The translations under genes and the position numbers were made by a program. The notes under the pieces were generated by a model. It saw only the letters and a program-made list of their open reading frames with translations, made no database searches and was not told the origin of the DNA. From positions 461,113 to 525,112 of the forward strand of contig NW_004797533.1 in assembly GCF_000002075.1 (NCBI RefSeq): a stretch of 64,000 nt of DNA, given 5' to 3'. Of this stretch, positions 14,401 through 25,765 are shown in pieces; position 1 is the first letter of the stretch, and the number at the start of each line of letters is the position of its first letter. Source of the stretch: Aplysia californica (taxonomy: Eukaryota).

Positions 14401-15016
14401 TGCAAAGGTTTAGTGTGTTACCTTTACACCACAGACGCCAGTCTCAGAGGGGGGGGGGGGGGGGAGCATTTTGTTATATCCCTTTCTTTGACTGCTGATT
14501 TATTCTCCTCTCTTCATAGTAGGGCGAAATTTGTATTGATCTGTTATCCCTCGACTCAGCCCAACAATACGGTAAGCGTCTTAAGACAAACGTGGGTAAT
14601 TACTTCTTGGCGTATCTGGATTTGTCTGCTACATCGTCGCATTTCAAGGTATTAAGGTCTCGGTTCTATGAGAGGGCGGGGGGGGGGGGGGGTTGTTCAA
14701 AGGATTGTGACCCGGGGTCGTGGTGGCAGAGCTGTATGGGTGTGTGTTTCCTCACCATTAGCAATGATCTACTAATATCGTAAACGGTGCCCAAAAGATG
14801 CCCAAAAGATAAGTTTGAAATACCAGGCAACTTTCATGTGGACAACAGTAAATGTGAGGTCAGTTTTCCTTAAAATCGTCTTATGACTTCTTTATTGGTA
14901 GTTCATTTTATACCATGGCGTGCGCGCATTTTTAAATCGCTTGATTTTGCTCATGCTACATCACCTTTTTTTTTTCTTATTTTGTTTGTTCTTCTATTGT
15001 AGAGTATGATTTTTAG

Positions 15017-15277
15017 AAAAGTAAAGTTGTTCCCGCATCCGATCCGGACTTTGGGGATTGCCTTGTTAGTGAGACAACTTCCTGGGCCCTCGCCACCCTG
15101 TGGCAGGGTGGCCAGTTTCTTTTCACGCCGCTTTTACTTCCCTAACTCGAAGTCAGGTATCCATAACTGCTGGGCGGGCAGAAGGGGGCGAAAAAGATCC
15201 GTGTCCGAACCGAGGCTCGAACCCGGACTTTCCGCTTCCTAGACGAGCGCACTAACCGCTCCGCCACCGCACCCTCA
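15017..15277 (-). mobile_element. tRNA-derived SINE family S2
   Basis: Reverse complement has A box tggcggagcgg, B box gggttcgagcc, AGG anticodon-like loop and tail actttactttt; copies at 34507-34767 and 32520-32715. Confidence 0.8.
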
Positions 15278-15833
15278 TGATTCTAAAACATGTGCAAAAA
15301 CTGTAATGGTATTTAAGAAGCCAGAACTCTGGTTTTGACGTCAATCTCTGATATGACAGAGTGAGGTGGGTAGTCAGCAAAAAAAACACCCCAGACCACC
15401 TGTGTGTTTAGAAATCACCTATTAAGAACTGCTACGATGGTCATCCACATTATTGTCGCTGCCACCTGAGCTAACAGAACCTCTCTTAGTTGGTTTGTGA
15501 TGATTAATCGATGTACAGATGTACTGACATTAAAATACAGGGATTACATACACCCAATCTGTCATTTAAGATTTAGATGACTAGACATCTCAAAGTCTGA
15601 GGCCACATACTGGTATGAATCATTACAGACAGTCTGAAGCCGTACTTGAATCCCAATATGATGTTGTCTCCAGGTAAAATTATATTTAATTATACGAGCC
15701 GTCATGTTTACAGAGAACATACAGTAAAATTAATTGTTCTTGCGTTATCTACAGATTTGTATTGAATCTCTACTGTCCTCTAGTAAGGTGTGAACCTCAC
15801 TCAAACACAGACTTTTTTAAATTGACAACCTAA

Positions 15834-16810
15834 TGCGGTGTTCACACAAACAGGAAGAGTAAGAAGCCGAGTAAGACAAAATTTCTTAAGTCCAGCAGGT
15901 CGGGGCTACTCTGCATACATTTCGCCGAGTAGTCGGCCTCGATCCCAGAGTTCTATTTCATGCTCGCCGTGTGAAATTATTACCCGCTTGCCGAAATTTT
16001 CAAACTTGCTGAAACTTTTCGCCGTGCGAAAAATGAGTCTCCGAGTCAATGACTCGCTCGGGGAAAACTCGGGGAGGACTCGGGGAGTGTCAGAAATGGC
16101 AAGGCGTGCAAAGTTGCAAACGTTGCCGAGTGACAGTGACACGCTGACGAAATCTGAACTGGAGCCGAGTTAAATGTCATACTCTGCGGGTTAAAATATT
16201 GCTCGTCGTGTAAAAATCATGCCCGGGGAGTCGGAGTTACTCAAGCACGGCTGCAAAATTTGACACGACGAGCATGCACCGTGACATGGCGACCTTCACA
16301 CCCCTACCATACAAGCACACAGCACACTGTCCCTGCCTATTATATGCAAATCTACCGTCTACTAACGTTATTATGCCTCCGAAGTGCGCATCCATCGTCT
16401 GTGTCATATGAGGCGTGTTGAAGGAATGAGTACCAACACTTTACCTCCCTCTTTATATATTATAACATTGTACGCCGACTAACTCGGTGACGGGTAGGCA
16501 AGATAGTCAGCATGGTTGGAGAGTTTTTTTGGCGTGTGAAAGTTTACTCGGCATAGCGTGTTTCTTGGCTCTGCAAGCGGCCGGGATTCAAACTAATTGC
16601 TCGGCAAAACGCTCTGCAAGACGCTCGGCAAGACGCTTGGGGAGATGCTTGCCTTTCTAAATTATTGCTCGGCGAGCGTCTCCACGAATGCTCGCCGACA
16701 CAATAATGTCAACACTCATGGTCAGATGCTCGTCACAATTAAACCCGAACTTGGCTTGATCTTATCTGGAATTGCTCGTCGACTCTCCTCCTGCATGTGT
16801 GAACACCGCA
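15834..16810. mobile_element. Non-autonomous PIF/Harbinger-type DNA transposon (977 bp)
   Basis: TIR TGCGGTGTTCACACA...TGTGTGAACACCGCA with imperfect extension; TAA target-site duplication at 15831-15833 and 16811-16813; many internal ctcggc/gccgag motifs; no transposase ORF. Confidence 0.8.
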
Positions 16811-17384
16811 TAAGACTGTTCTTATGGATTTCTGCTGAGCCTTCCGTTTTTCCAATACAAGATAAGCCCTCTGCTTGTTTAAAACAAAATGTGAGGTCAG
16901 TAACCACAGCAGTTTTTTTTCTGTGTAAGTGTCTTTCGTATTTGAAAGAACTGTTGAACGTTGAATGGGCCAGTATGCAAGAACAGTTGATTTAAATCTC
17001 ATTTAATCATGAAGCACCTTGAGGTACAATGCACCATTGAGTGTTCGCTATAGAAGAGAGCTATATCATAATCTTAAAAGCTACTACACAGTGCGGTCAA
17101 ATATTCGTGGCGCAACCTATTGTCCAATATCTCTTCAACGAGAGGAGTGAGCTTTATTTATTCCCTTAGTTATGTATGTATAACCCAACTGTGCCCTCCA
17201 TGATGGGAGTAATAATGTAGTATATTCTTTTTATACAATATCTCTCTCTCAGTCTCCATCTTACTGTCTGTTGGCATCGTTTAGATCACGTCTATCTATC
17301 TCTCTATCAATCCATCCATCCATCCATGTTATGTTTTAGGAAAATTGTTTACTTCATAAATCGCCTCATTGTATTATGTGTCAG

Positions 17385-17610
17385 ACAATTGCACAAGCCT
17401 GAGTAATACGGGGTGCCCACAAGCGAGAGCGGATCGTGTCGGGTCATTTTCTGGTGGTTTCAGTGCACACTACAACCCAGCGGGAATTGTACTTGACTTC
17501 CTGGAAGTTAAAGTAGAGAAACCTTTAATCTCGATGGCTTCCAAGTCTCCTTTCCGGAGTTACCTGTTGCAGTGTTGTGGCAGCCTGGAATCCCATAAAC
17601 ATGGTTACAA
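17385..17610 (-). pseudogene. Possible decayed THAP zinc-finger domain (transposon relic)
   Basis: Across frameshifts: VYGIPGCHN...KVSLL*LP...NSRWV...LWAP...GLCNC, loosely following the THAP order CxVPGCxN...SFxxFP...RW...WxP...LCSxHF. Confidence 0.3.
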
Positions 17611-18084
17611 TAGATACATCGATAACTTTCTATTATCAAAGATCGTTCAAAAGCAGATAGCTCTAGTTCACTCGGCGAAAACAGTGTCCGCGGAAGTCCG
17701 GCCATTGGTTCAGATGGCGCTGCAGTTTGTGTTTTGAAGCTCTCTTTTGTTTCTCCAGAAGAAGAATAGGAATAGCACAGTTTGTTAGTTTCGCTTTCTT
17801 GTTTTTCACACAAGTAGGGTAACTCTGTTCGCAAAGTCCGCACTTTTTCGAAGAGAGCGCCACCAGACTTTGAGTGTCAACAGGAACACGTGACTCAGCC
17901 TTGTTGTGATTGGCTGCAAACCACACGATCGCGCGATTCGCAAGCCTGGAAACAATTTTTTTTGGTAGGTCACCGACCTCGTCGATCGGTTTGTGCCACG
18001 ATGGCCGCTTTGCGTCCTCAATTTAGGTAGCCCCGACTACCAGATCGACCCGACCCGACCTGACCTGTTTGCTCTCACTTTAAG

Positions 18085-18370
18085 ATCAGGGGTGTAACTG
18101 AAAGACAGCAATAAGAAAGAGTCAGTAGTAGCAGCAGAAATAGTCAAGAACAAAGGAGAGAGGAGACCAGAAAAGGCCATTGGTTTTTTTTTAGGGGGTT
18201 AGGTGGGTGGAGATAAGGCATATCATAGAACATGACTGGAGAACAGGAAAGGAGATGAAGGAGAAAATTTAGGAGAAGAAATATTTTAATCGCCTCCAGG
18301 TTTTAAAACCCGGGACCTTTTGAATGAGAGGCGAACACCGTCCCTCTAGACCACGACAGTTCCACGAGTG
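18085..18370 (-). mobile_element. SINE family S3, 5' half
   Basis: Reverse complement matches the head and linker at 10135-10410. Confidence 0.6.
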
Positions 18371-19539
18371 AGCTGTTAGGTTTTGGTTGCATTCAAACTG
18401 GTCTACCACCAGGCCAACAGCCATCAACATCCACTGGTTCCCCTCTTCAACAACATAATCCTTTGGTGTTCTATTGCCAATACTGTGACTAGTCCTTGTG
18501 CCAATGCCTCTGTCACAGTAAAAAATTGATGGATACGCCTAAAGTCTACCGACCATAGGTCTATTTCACATCACTGATTGTCATTCAATAATTAAGAATT
18601 AAAAAGCTTTGATCGCTGTCAGCTAGCACTTTGTCTCTTCCGCATGAATTGCTGTAAAGACTTGCACTTCGTCTTTTCGTTTTCTGTAACGACTGTGATT
18701 CTATTGTCGGCAAGCCTACCTATACGTCTGAGACCGAACTATCGGCGCCAGGGAAAGTAATGTTTGTAATCAACAAAGCCGCCACCCTCACCTCTCTTGT
18801 CGAGAGACTGAGTAGCCTACTTATCAATTATGCACCCTTTCGGGTCATACTCCGTCTAGACCTTCAAGGTCTGCAACAGAAGACCTTCAATAATTGTGCC
18901 TTGCAATACTATTATAGCAAGGACACATAAATAACTGGCTTGTGCGGTATTCCAGAGGACTGCTGACGAGGCATACTCAAGGCCCAACTGAGTATGGGTT
19001 TTACGTAGGACGAAGAGGGGTGCTATCCTGAACGTTGTTGTGAGCTTCGACGAGTCGTGTTTATATGTCGTTGGTTTGGCATGAGCTGTGTAACAGAAGT
19101 ACTTCAGGATCAGTAGGCCTAAGTGATAGTCATATCACGAGTGTCAAATGCCAGATTTGAGTCAATACGGAGAAGTAAACAAAGAGGAGAATCCAGCATT
19201 CAAAGAGGCCTGACTTAAGAAGCACCATGAGACGACCGGACGCAGAATCAGTTTTCTTGCCATGACAGGGATCTTCTTCCCTTTTTTACTCGTTGTGAGT
19301 TTGTATGTGCGTATGTTCGTATGTGTGTATGTGTGTGTGGGTGCGTGTGTACGTGAATAAGTGTATGTGAGTGCGTGTGTGCGTGAATATGTATGTGAAC
19401 ACGTATGTAATACAATGTGCCTTAACAATTGATTTGTAAATCCATAATATGTATCATGTTAAGCGCATGGAGTATTGCATAAGTGGACATGCACTATATA
19501 AATGCAATACATTTTTTTATTTTTATTATTCCGCTTGTA

Positions 19540-19800
19540 TCGGTGGGTGTCGCAGAGAAATACGGGCAAGGCGAGTGGCCTGTAGGATGGACATCCTGTG
19601 ACTCTGAGAGTGTCTGCTACAGATTCACTCCAGCGTCGCCTTGGTCTTCCTCTTGCTCTCCAGCCAGAATGATTTGATATTACAATTATGCCCTCAGAGT
19701 TGGTTGGTCTGAGGGCATCCGTGTGACAGGGATAATGGAGATAGAAGAAGCCTCTCCAGTGTGTTTGGTTGACCTGTTCGTCACACCCCACCATGTGTAT
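19540..19800 (-). mobile_element. Degenerate RTE 3' fragment
   Basis: RARGRPRRRWSESVADTL matches the RTE C-terminal GRPxxRWxD motif. Confidence 0.45.
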
Positions 19801-19954
19801 TGGTGCCAGGGATACGAAAATGTGTAACAAAGTTACACCATCAAACTGTAAGGTGCAGAAAGCTTCTTCGTCAACGAGTGTCTCAATCATTAAGGATATC
19901 ATCTGTTGTGTTATTGTTAAATTCTACATCGTTGCAAGACAGAAAAACAACATT

Positions 19955-19984
19955 AACAACAATAGCAACAGCAATAACAACAAT

Positions 19985-20028
<44 letters not shown>

Positions 20029-20030
20029 AA
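19955..20030. repeat. (AAC)n microsatellite
   Basis: Directly visible. Confidence 0.95.
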
Positions 20031-22107
20031 ACAAGAACAATATCAACAGAGACAGAAAAAAACAAATACAAACAAAACAAAACAAGAGCAAAAACTGCGT
20101 GTCTATTCCCACTGGAGACATTTTTTTGTCGGGCATTTCCGCCTGTCGCCTGGGATAGGTTTATCAGCTTCGTTTACTTGTGACAGGCAAGATCTGAGTT
20201 GCCCGCCTCCTAACGAAACTAAGTTGTATCCCCGGGGGTGTAACACGTGTACTATATTATCTAATATCTGTTTTTGTTAGAAAAGGGGAGTAAGCTTTGA
20301 TTTTAAGACAATTCTCTTCCATAGTTTCCAATATTTCTGTTTTCTTGTTATTTTTAATGTGAAAGGCTACCTCCCCCTCCTTCCTTTCCACCCACACAAA
20401 AAAGAACCCTTATTGTGTAATAATGATTTTTAATAACGTGTCCTTTATTTCTGAACCGTTTTGCTAGCAGAAGACAGGAAGCATTGTTAATTCCTAATTC
20501 TTTTCCATTAGAACTTCCTCAGTTACTTTGGCGTAATTGTTTGTCCCCAACTACATTACAACCATTTAATTTGACGAATGAATTTCTCCTCTCTCCTTTT
20601 AGTTGAAAATAATGTTTCGCCCATTATGGTTCAGGCGCCATCTTCTCGATATTTTGTGTGGGCGATATTTAGTTTGTCCCACACGAAGTACGAAGTGTGC
20701 ATCTGTACTATCAACACAGGGATGTCAAGACTCGCTAGGCTAGTGTTTACTCATTTTTTTACGATTTGATGTCTCCCAAAGTTCAGCCCTAGGGTTTAAC
20801 CATATGCCGCAGTTCCTCGTTTTTTTCTTCTAGAAGAAAGCCGATAGTGGAAAAGTAAGCATTATTATGAATAGAAATAGTGGCTGACCGAGTTAATATG
20901 TTCCCTTTTGTACTCAATTAAAGAGGGTTTGAAAGACAAGAAGTTCATTTCAAAGGCTGAAAACTTGTCTAGTGTTAGAATAAAAGAAGGAGAACACTGA
21001 AAGATAGAAAGAATTCAATACGATAGGGCAAAGCAAAATGTTCAACATGTCTGTCTGAATAAGGGTGAACAAGTTGGTAACAAAGATACAATCTATTATC
21101 CAAAGTCCCAAGATTATATGATGAGTCTTGAAAACACTTAAACTGAAGCGTACCAAACGATACAAAAAGAAAATTTGATTTTTAAAAATTATTCTCCTCA
21201 AAACTTCTCACAAAAATGTGCCTCCCTGTATCTCCACATAGATGTGTAGAGTTGTGAAAACGGCACAGTGAGCTGATCTTTAGATGTGAACTTTGTTTGT
21301 CACATTTTGTGTTCACAAAGCGATCCTTCTTTTTCTTCGACGTTTTCACCTGAGTTGTTTAAAGTAATAAACGTAAATCTACGAAGAAGCAAATGTTTAA
21401 AAATGTATAAAATCACATGTACAGACTATTACTTTCTGAAGTAATATGGCCTGCAGGGTGTAAACTAATGAAAAGCTTTTCCTGTATGAACAAATTCCAA
21501 AAGCAAACTTAATGAAGAGCAAGGAATATGATACGATTAGGCACGGTGAACGCGCACTAATAATTTCCATAAACAAGGATAAAGGAATGACTCTTATACA
21601 GATTAAATATCGGGTTGCGCAACAAATCGAATCTCTGCCATTTTCGAAATTTATTAACCCTTTCACGACTAAGCACAGTGGCGATGTTAAGTCAATGAGT
21701 TATGACCTAAGAGTGGGCCTTGCTGTCTATAGGGGCAGTTGGGAGGATGGAAATGGAGTGGAATGGACGCGGGACATTGGGCCGAAAGGAAAGCAATAAC
21801 ATAAGGAAGGAAGGGTGGGCGATCTGGAGAGTGAGGATGGGTAAGGGAATGGTAATACAGTCGAATCTGCTCAAACGACCTCTTTCTAAGACAGGGAGGG
21901 ATGAAGAGGCTTGTGACCTGGATGGCAGGGATGGTAATGTTATTTCTATGTAGGTGTTTTTTGGGGCTTCCATTGACACATTTTCGGTAATTTAATTTAG
22001 AATGCAGACTTCGATCCAACACGGGTTGAGAGGGATACAACCTCCCACCAGAAAGACAGAGATACTCGATGAAAATTCTCGCCACAAGAATCTATCTGTG
22101 AGGCTTA

Positions 22108-22292
22108 GTGGGTGGTTGGCGGGTGCTCTGGTGCGGTTTGCTCCTTCTTTCCTATCAAACATCTATCGTCTTGATCTCTGCTCCTTTTATTTTATGTTTG
22201 TTACTCTCTTGTAACATCTCTAATCGTATGGCGCTCATATGACCTTATGCAGTTGCGAGCGCCGTAAAACCTCTACTAAAACTAAAACTAAA
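22108..22292 (+). mobile_element. Short retroposon S4 (about 185 bp) with LINE-like 3' hairpin tail
   Basis: gggtggttggcgggtgctctggtg...ggcgctcatatgaccttatgcagttgcgagcgccgtaaaacctctactaaaactaaaac. Copies at 11643-11757, 40223-40412, 40864-41040 and 45052-45212; tail-only pieces at 4245-4290 and 55436-55495. Confidence 0.75.
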
Positions 22293-24359
22293 AGAATCTA
22301 GCTCAGGTCTTCCGCTTGCTACTGCGAGGCCCCTAATTACTAGTCAGACGCCGGTATATTACATTCTAATGATGGATAATGATACTGAGTTAAGATGAAT
22401 ACTTAGTGGGGCGGGTTAAGTTCCGGTACGAGCAAGTACAATATAGGCACGATAACAGTCGTTTAGCACAACGGAAAATACAAGACTGGCAGGTAGAGAC
22501 AAAAAATGAACGAAAGAAACAGGACCTAGGGACATCTCGGTAAAAACATTTTTGTGACTCATTTTGATTCGATCGGAATAGGCTTTCAAAGTAATTCTTT
22601 TTTTTTTTTTTACATTATTTCATTATCTTTTGCAAAGGCTTAACTCTTTATTTATATCGAAATCATTTAATGGATCACCCTTTCAGAACCAGGAAATGAC
22701 CTTTTATCTCCATCTATGTTTAGAAAAGGAAACAGGAAAAAAAGATACGAACGAAACAATGAGTATCCATTTTTTAGGGGGTTGGGGGTGGGGGCATTGT
22801 TTGTATTTGCTATTTTTGCTCGAACTCAGTACTCAGAGATACTTTGAAAATGGTTAGGATAGAAAAATACCCCCACCAACCTACGTACAGTGCGTTTTGA
22901 ACTGAACGTTTGGTTAGGTCTTAACCAAAAATGAGACTTTGGGTCCTTTTTTTCTACAGTGGACTTCATCATTTGAGGAGCAAATCTATAGAGCGTAAGG
23001 ATTTTATTCATCAAACGGTAGCACAACATAAATAATTATATATAACTGTATCCAGAAATAGCAATCTATTTGAACATTTATTATACGTAACATCATTCTT
23101 AAGGACAACTATTTTGTTCTTGTGTCTCTCACCACGTCCAATGATTTAAGTAGTAAAGAGAGTAATAGTAGTTTCTTTGCCTGTCGTGTAATCTGATTTT
23201 GTTCCCTTGATTTTTTTACAAGTCAAACTTGTTCGGTTCTCGACCCCCACCAACACTCTTGACCCCGATCCCCCTTTAGTTTCCCCACAATAGTTTCCTC
23301 TGACAAGTAAGGAATTTGTAGGAGCGACAGACAGGTCCTTACGGCGATACACAGCCTTTGTGAATGAGAGCGTTTTGGGATCAATTATAATGTCCTGAAA
23401 ATCTCACTCCCGTGATTTAATTACAAGATCTGTCAAGAACCTCTGAATGTTCCACACATGCACCAGGTCTCCCCAGAGCCCGAGGACAGGGGCAGATTTG
23501 TATTTCTATTTTAAAGTTGTTCATTGCAAGAGTTTAAGTCTGGACGACTTAGAGAGTTTATGGATGGAAGAGACAGAGTCTCAAATGGAATTGTTCCCCC
23601 AATATTAACAAAAACAAAACACCAACAATTTTTGTTTTTAGAATGCCATTTTCGATTTTCAACATTTCTTCCTGTCAATACTTTGTCGTGTTGTTGTTAT
23701 GCCGTTGTAGCTACTTAAAAAACACAGCATAACTCGTGTGAAAGGTAATTTAATGTAATTTGCTCTCAGGACAACCCTGATTAGACGAACTGTTTTCTTG
23801 TGTCCTTCTGCGCTGCAAAGCTTGGAGTCATCGACCCTCACTTTTCTGTTGACCGATTTCACGAATATAATGTTTTTTCTTTTCTTTTTTTTGTGTGGGG
23901 GGGGGGGGTGTTATGGTGATTTTCTTTGTTTGTTTGTTTGCTTTTTCTAGCTGTGGGTTAGGGAGGGAGGGGGAAAAAGTGGGCTGGTAGCAATTTATTT
24001 AGGTTTCAATTAGGACCGACTCTCGGAGGTATGGGAATAGTTACGTAAAGATAACAGGTTGTTCACTGTAATCTGATGATGACTTTTACAGCGAAGGAGG
24101 AAGAGTAGTTACAGACCTTGCTAGCTTCCTAGAAGCTGGCACTGTAAGAGAGAAATACAAAGGAAATAATAGGAAGTAACTTGTAGCGATCACCACAGCA
24201 CAATTCACAAAGGCAAATCATTATTCTTTTTCTTACAGAGGTGTTCTTAATTCTGCCTAGCCATAACCACTTATGGCATTTCTTGTTGGACCCCCAGTAT
24301 TCTTTTCAGGCAGGAGAGATGACACCTGTTGAACTTTATTGATATACGTTTCGCGCACT

Positions 24360-24610
24360 GTCCAGGACTCAGCGCCGAATGAAAGCGTTTATACCGAGGG
24401 GTCCAGAACTTTTTCTCAGTTTATCAAACGCAGAGCTAGATTGAGGCAACCTCAGCATCAATCCTGGTATTTGTAGAAAGGACTCTACCAAGGTAAATGT
24501 TATTCTCCACTGCCTTGAGATGGCCATCATGCACTTGAATAACTGGTTTTGCAATGTTTGGGGTGTTTTGTGTTGGTTAAAATGGTGCAAAGCTGATGCA
24601 CTACATTCCT
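24360..24610 (-). mobile_element. Degenerate RTE-clade reverse transcriptase fragment
   Basis: Minus frame IQVHDGHLKAVENNIYLGRVLSTNTRIDAEV, frameshift, SSSAFDKLRK; resembles the RTE motif VxxFxYLGSxLSxxxxIDxEVxxRIxKASSAFGRL. Confidence 0.7.
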
Positions 24611-25392
24611 TTATCTCTGCAGGATATTTCATTTGGGGGGGGGGGGGATAAGGCCGAATAGGGGAAGGAATGTGCATGGAGGAGAAATGTTACTACTGGC
24701 ACATTCGCTTTGTTTAAACTGAAAAAGAGTTGCGTACAAATCGGATGCACCCCTTATTCCAGGAAGCAGATGTCTGAATTTAGTAAGACATAAGTAGAGA
24801 CAAAATCATTCACCTTAGGGCAAAAGGTTGTCGGAGAGTCGGTCGTACTGTCAATTTGTCCTCCTATACGACTCCCAAAGCCTCTTCGTATAATCTAAGT
24901 AGGGTAGTGATGTCGGTTGTCAGGTGGTAAGGCTACCGGACTCGTAATCGTGAGGTTTCGGGGTTGGAGGTTCGAGCCTCATGCCCGACGTTGTATCATT
25001 GGAAAGGCAGTTACCACGAATCTTCCACACTTCACCCAAATGGTGAAGAAAACTCAAATGAGCCCAATGAGCATTATATTAGGCAAAGATAAGGGGATCG
25101 ACCCCAGGTTGGGATTTTTGTTGTTGCTGTTGTTTTTTAATCGTCCTAGTCAGTAGCTCTATGATTGCGTTTTAGTAGATATCTTAATAGCCACTGAGTA
25201 TCCTGTCTGTGAGCAGCTTTGTTATTAACGCCATATTATGCAACAGGTTTTACATAGATTACACTTTATTGATAGAAATGATAGCCCTCACCTGACAGCA
25301 ACATATTATTAAATACAAAAAAACAACAACCCGACAACTACAACAACAACATATTTAATTTAAGGAACAAAAGACCCCCAACCTCATAAAAG

Positions 25393-25482
25393 CAAACCAA
25401 CAAGCAAGCAAACAAACCAACAAGCAAGCAAACAAACCAACAAGCAAGCAAACAAACCAACAAGCAAGCAAACAAAGCAACA
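25393..25482. repeat. 20-bp tandem repeat (aaccaacaagcaagcaaaca) x about 4
   Basis: Directly visible. Confidence 0.85.
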
Positions 25483-25560
25483 AATAAGAAGGACAAAAAA
25501 ACACAACAGAACTAAACCAAACAAAAGCTATAAGTAGTTATTACAAAAATCATCAAATTC

Positions 25561-25765
25561 ACCTCCTTCAAACGATTGGGAAATGTTATTTACGCCTAGA
25601 CGTCTTGTTCCCTTACATTTCCCCGACTCCGATACCTTACGGTGTCGACATTGCCTCCGAAGAGTGTAAAAATAATGATGATATAGTTACGCAATAGGAA
25701 TTCACTATTACGCCGTTCCGAGGTATCTGAAAGCAAATTGCATTTCCCAATCGTTTGAAGGAGGT
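25561..25765. mobile_element. MITE-like element with perfect 25-bp inverted termini
   Basis: acctccttcaaacgattgggaaatg (25561) and catttcccaatcgtttgaaggaggt (25741-25765); no clear TSD; single copy in the window. Confidence 0.65.

Noticed and set aside
18840-19260. LINE-like peptide traces (IVLQGTIIEG; LEYASSAVLWN)
   Set aside because: Too short and degenerate to delimit or assign with confidence.
23343-23397. Minus-strand exon-like segment DIIIDPKTLSFTKAVYR with ag/gt borders
   Set aside because: No compatible neighbouring exons or recognisable homology; it lacks the Cys expected for a GPB5 N-terminus.
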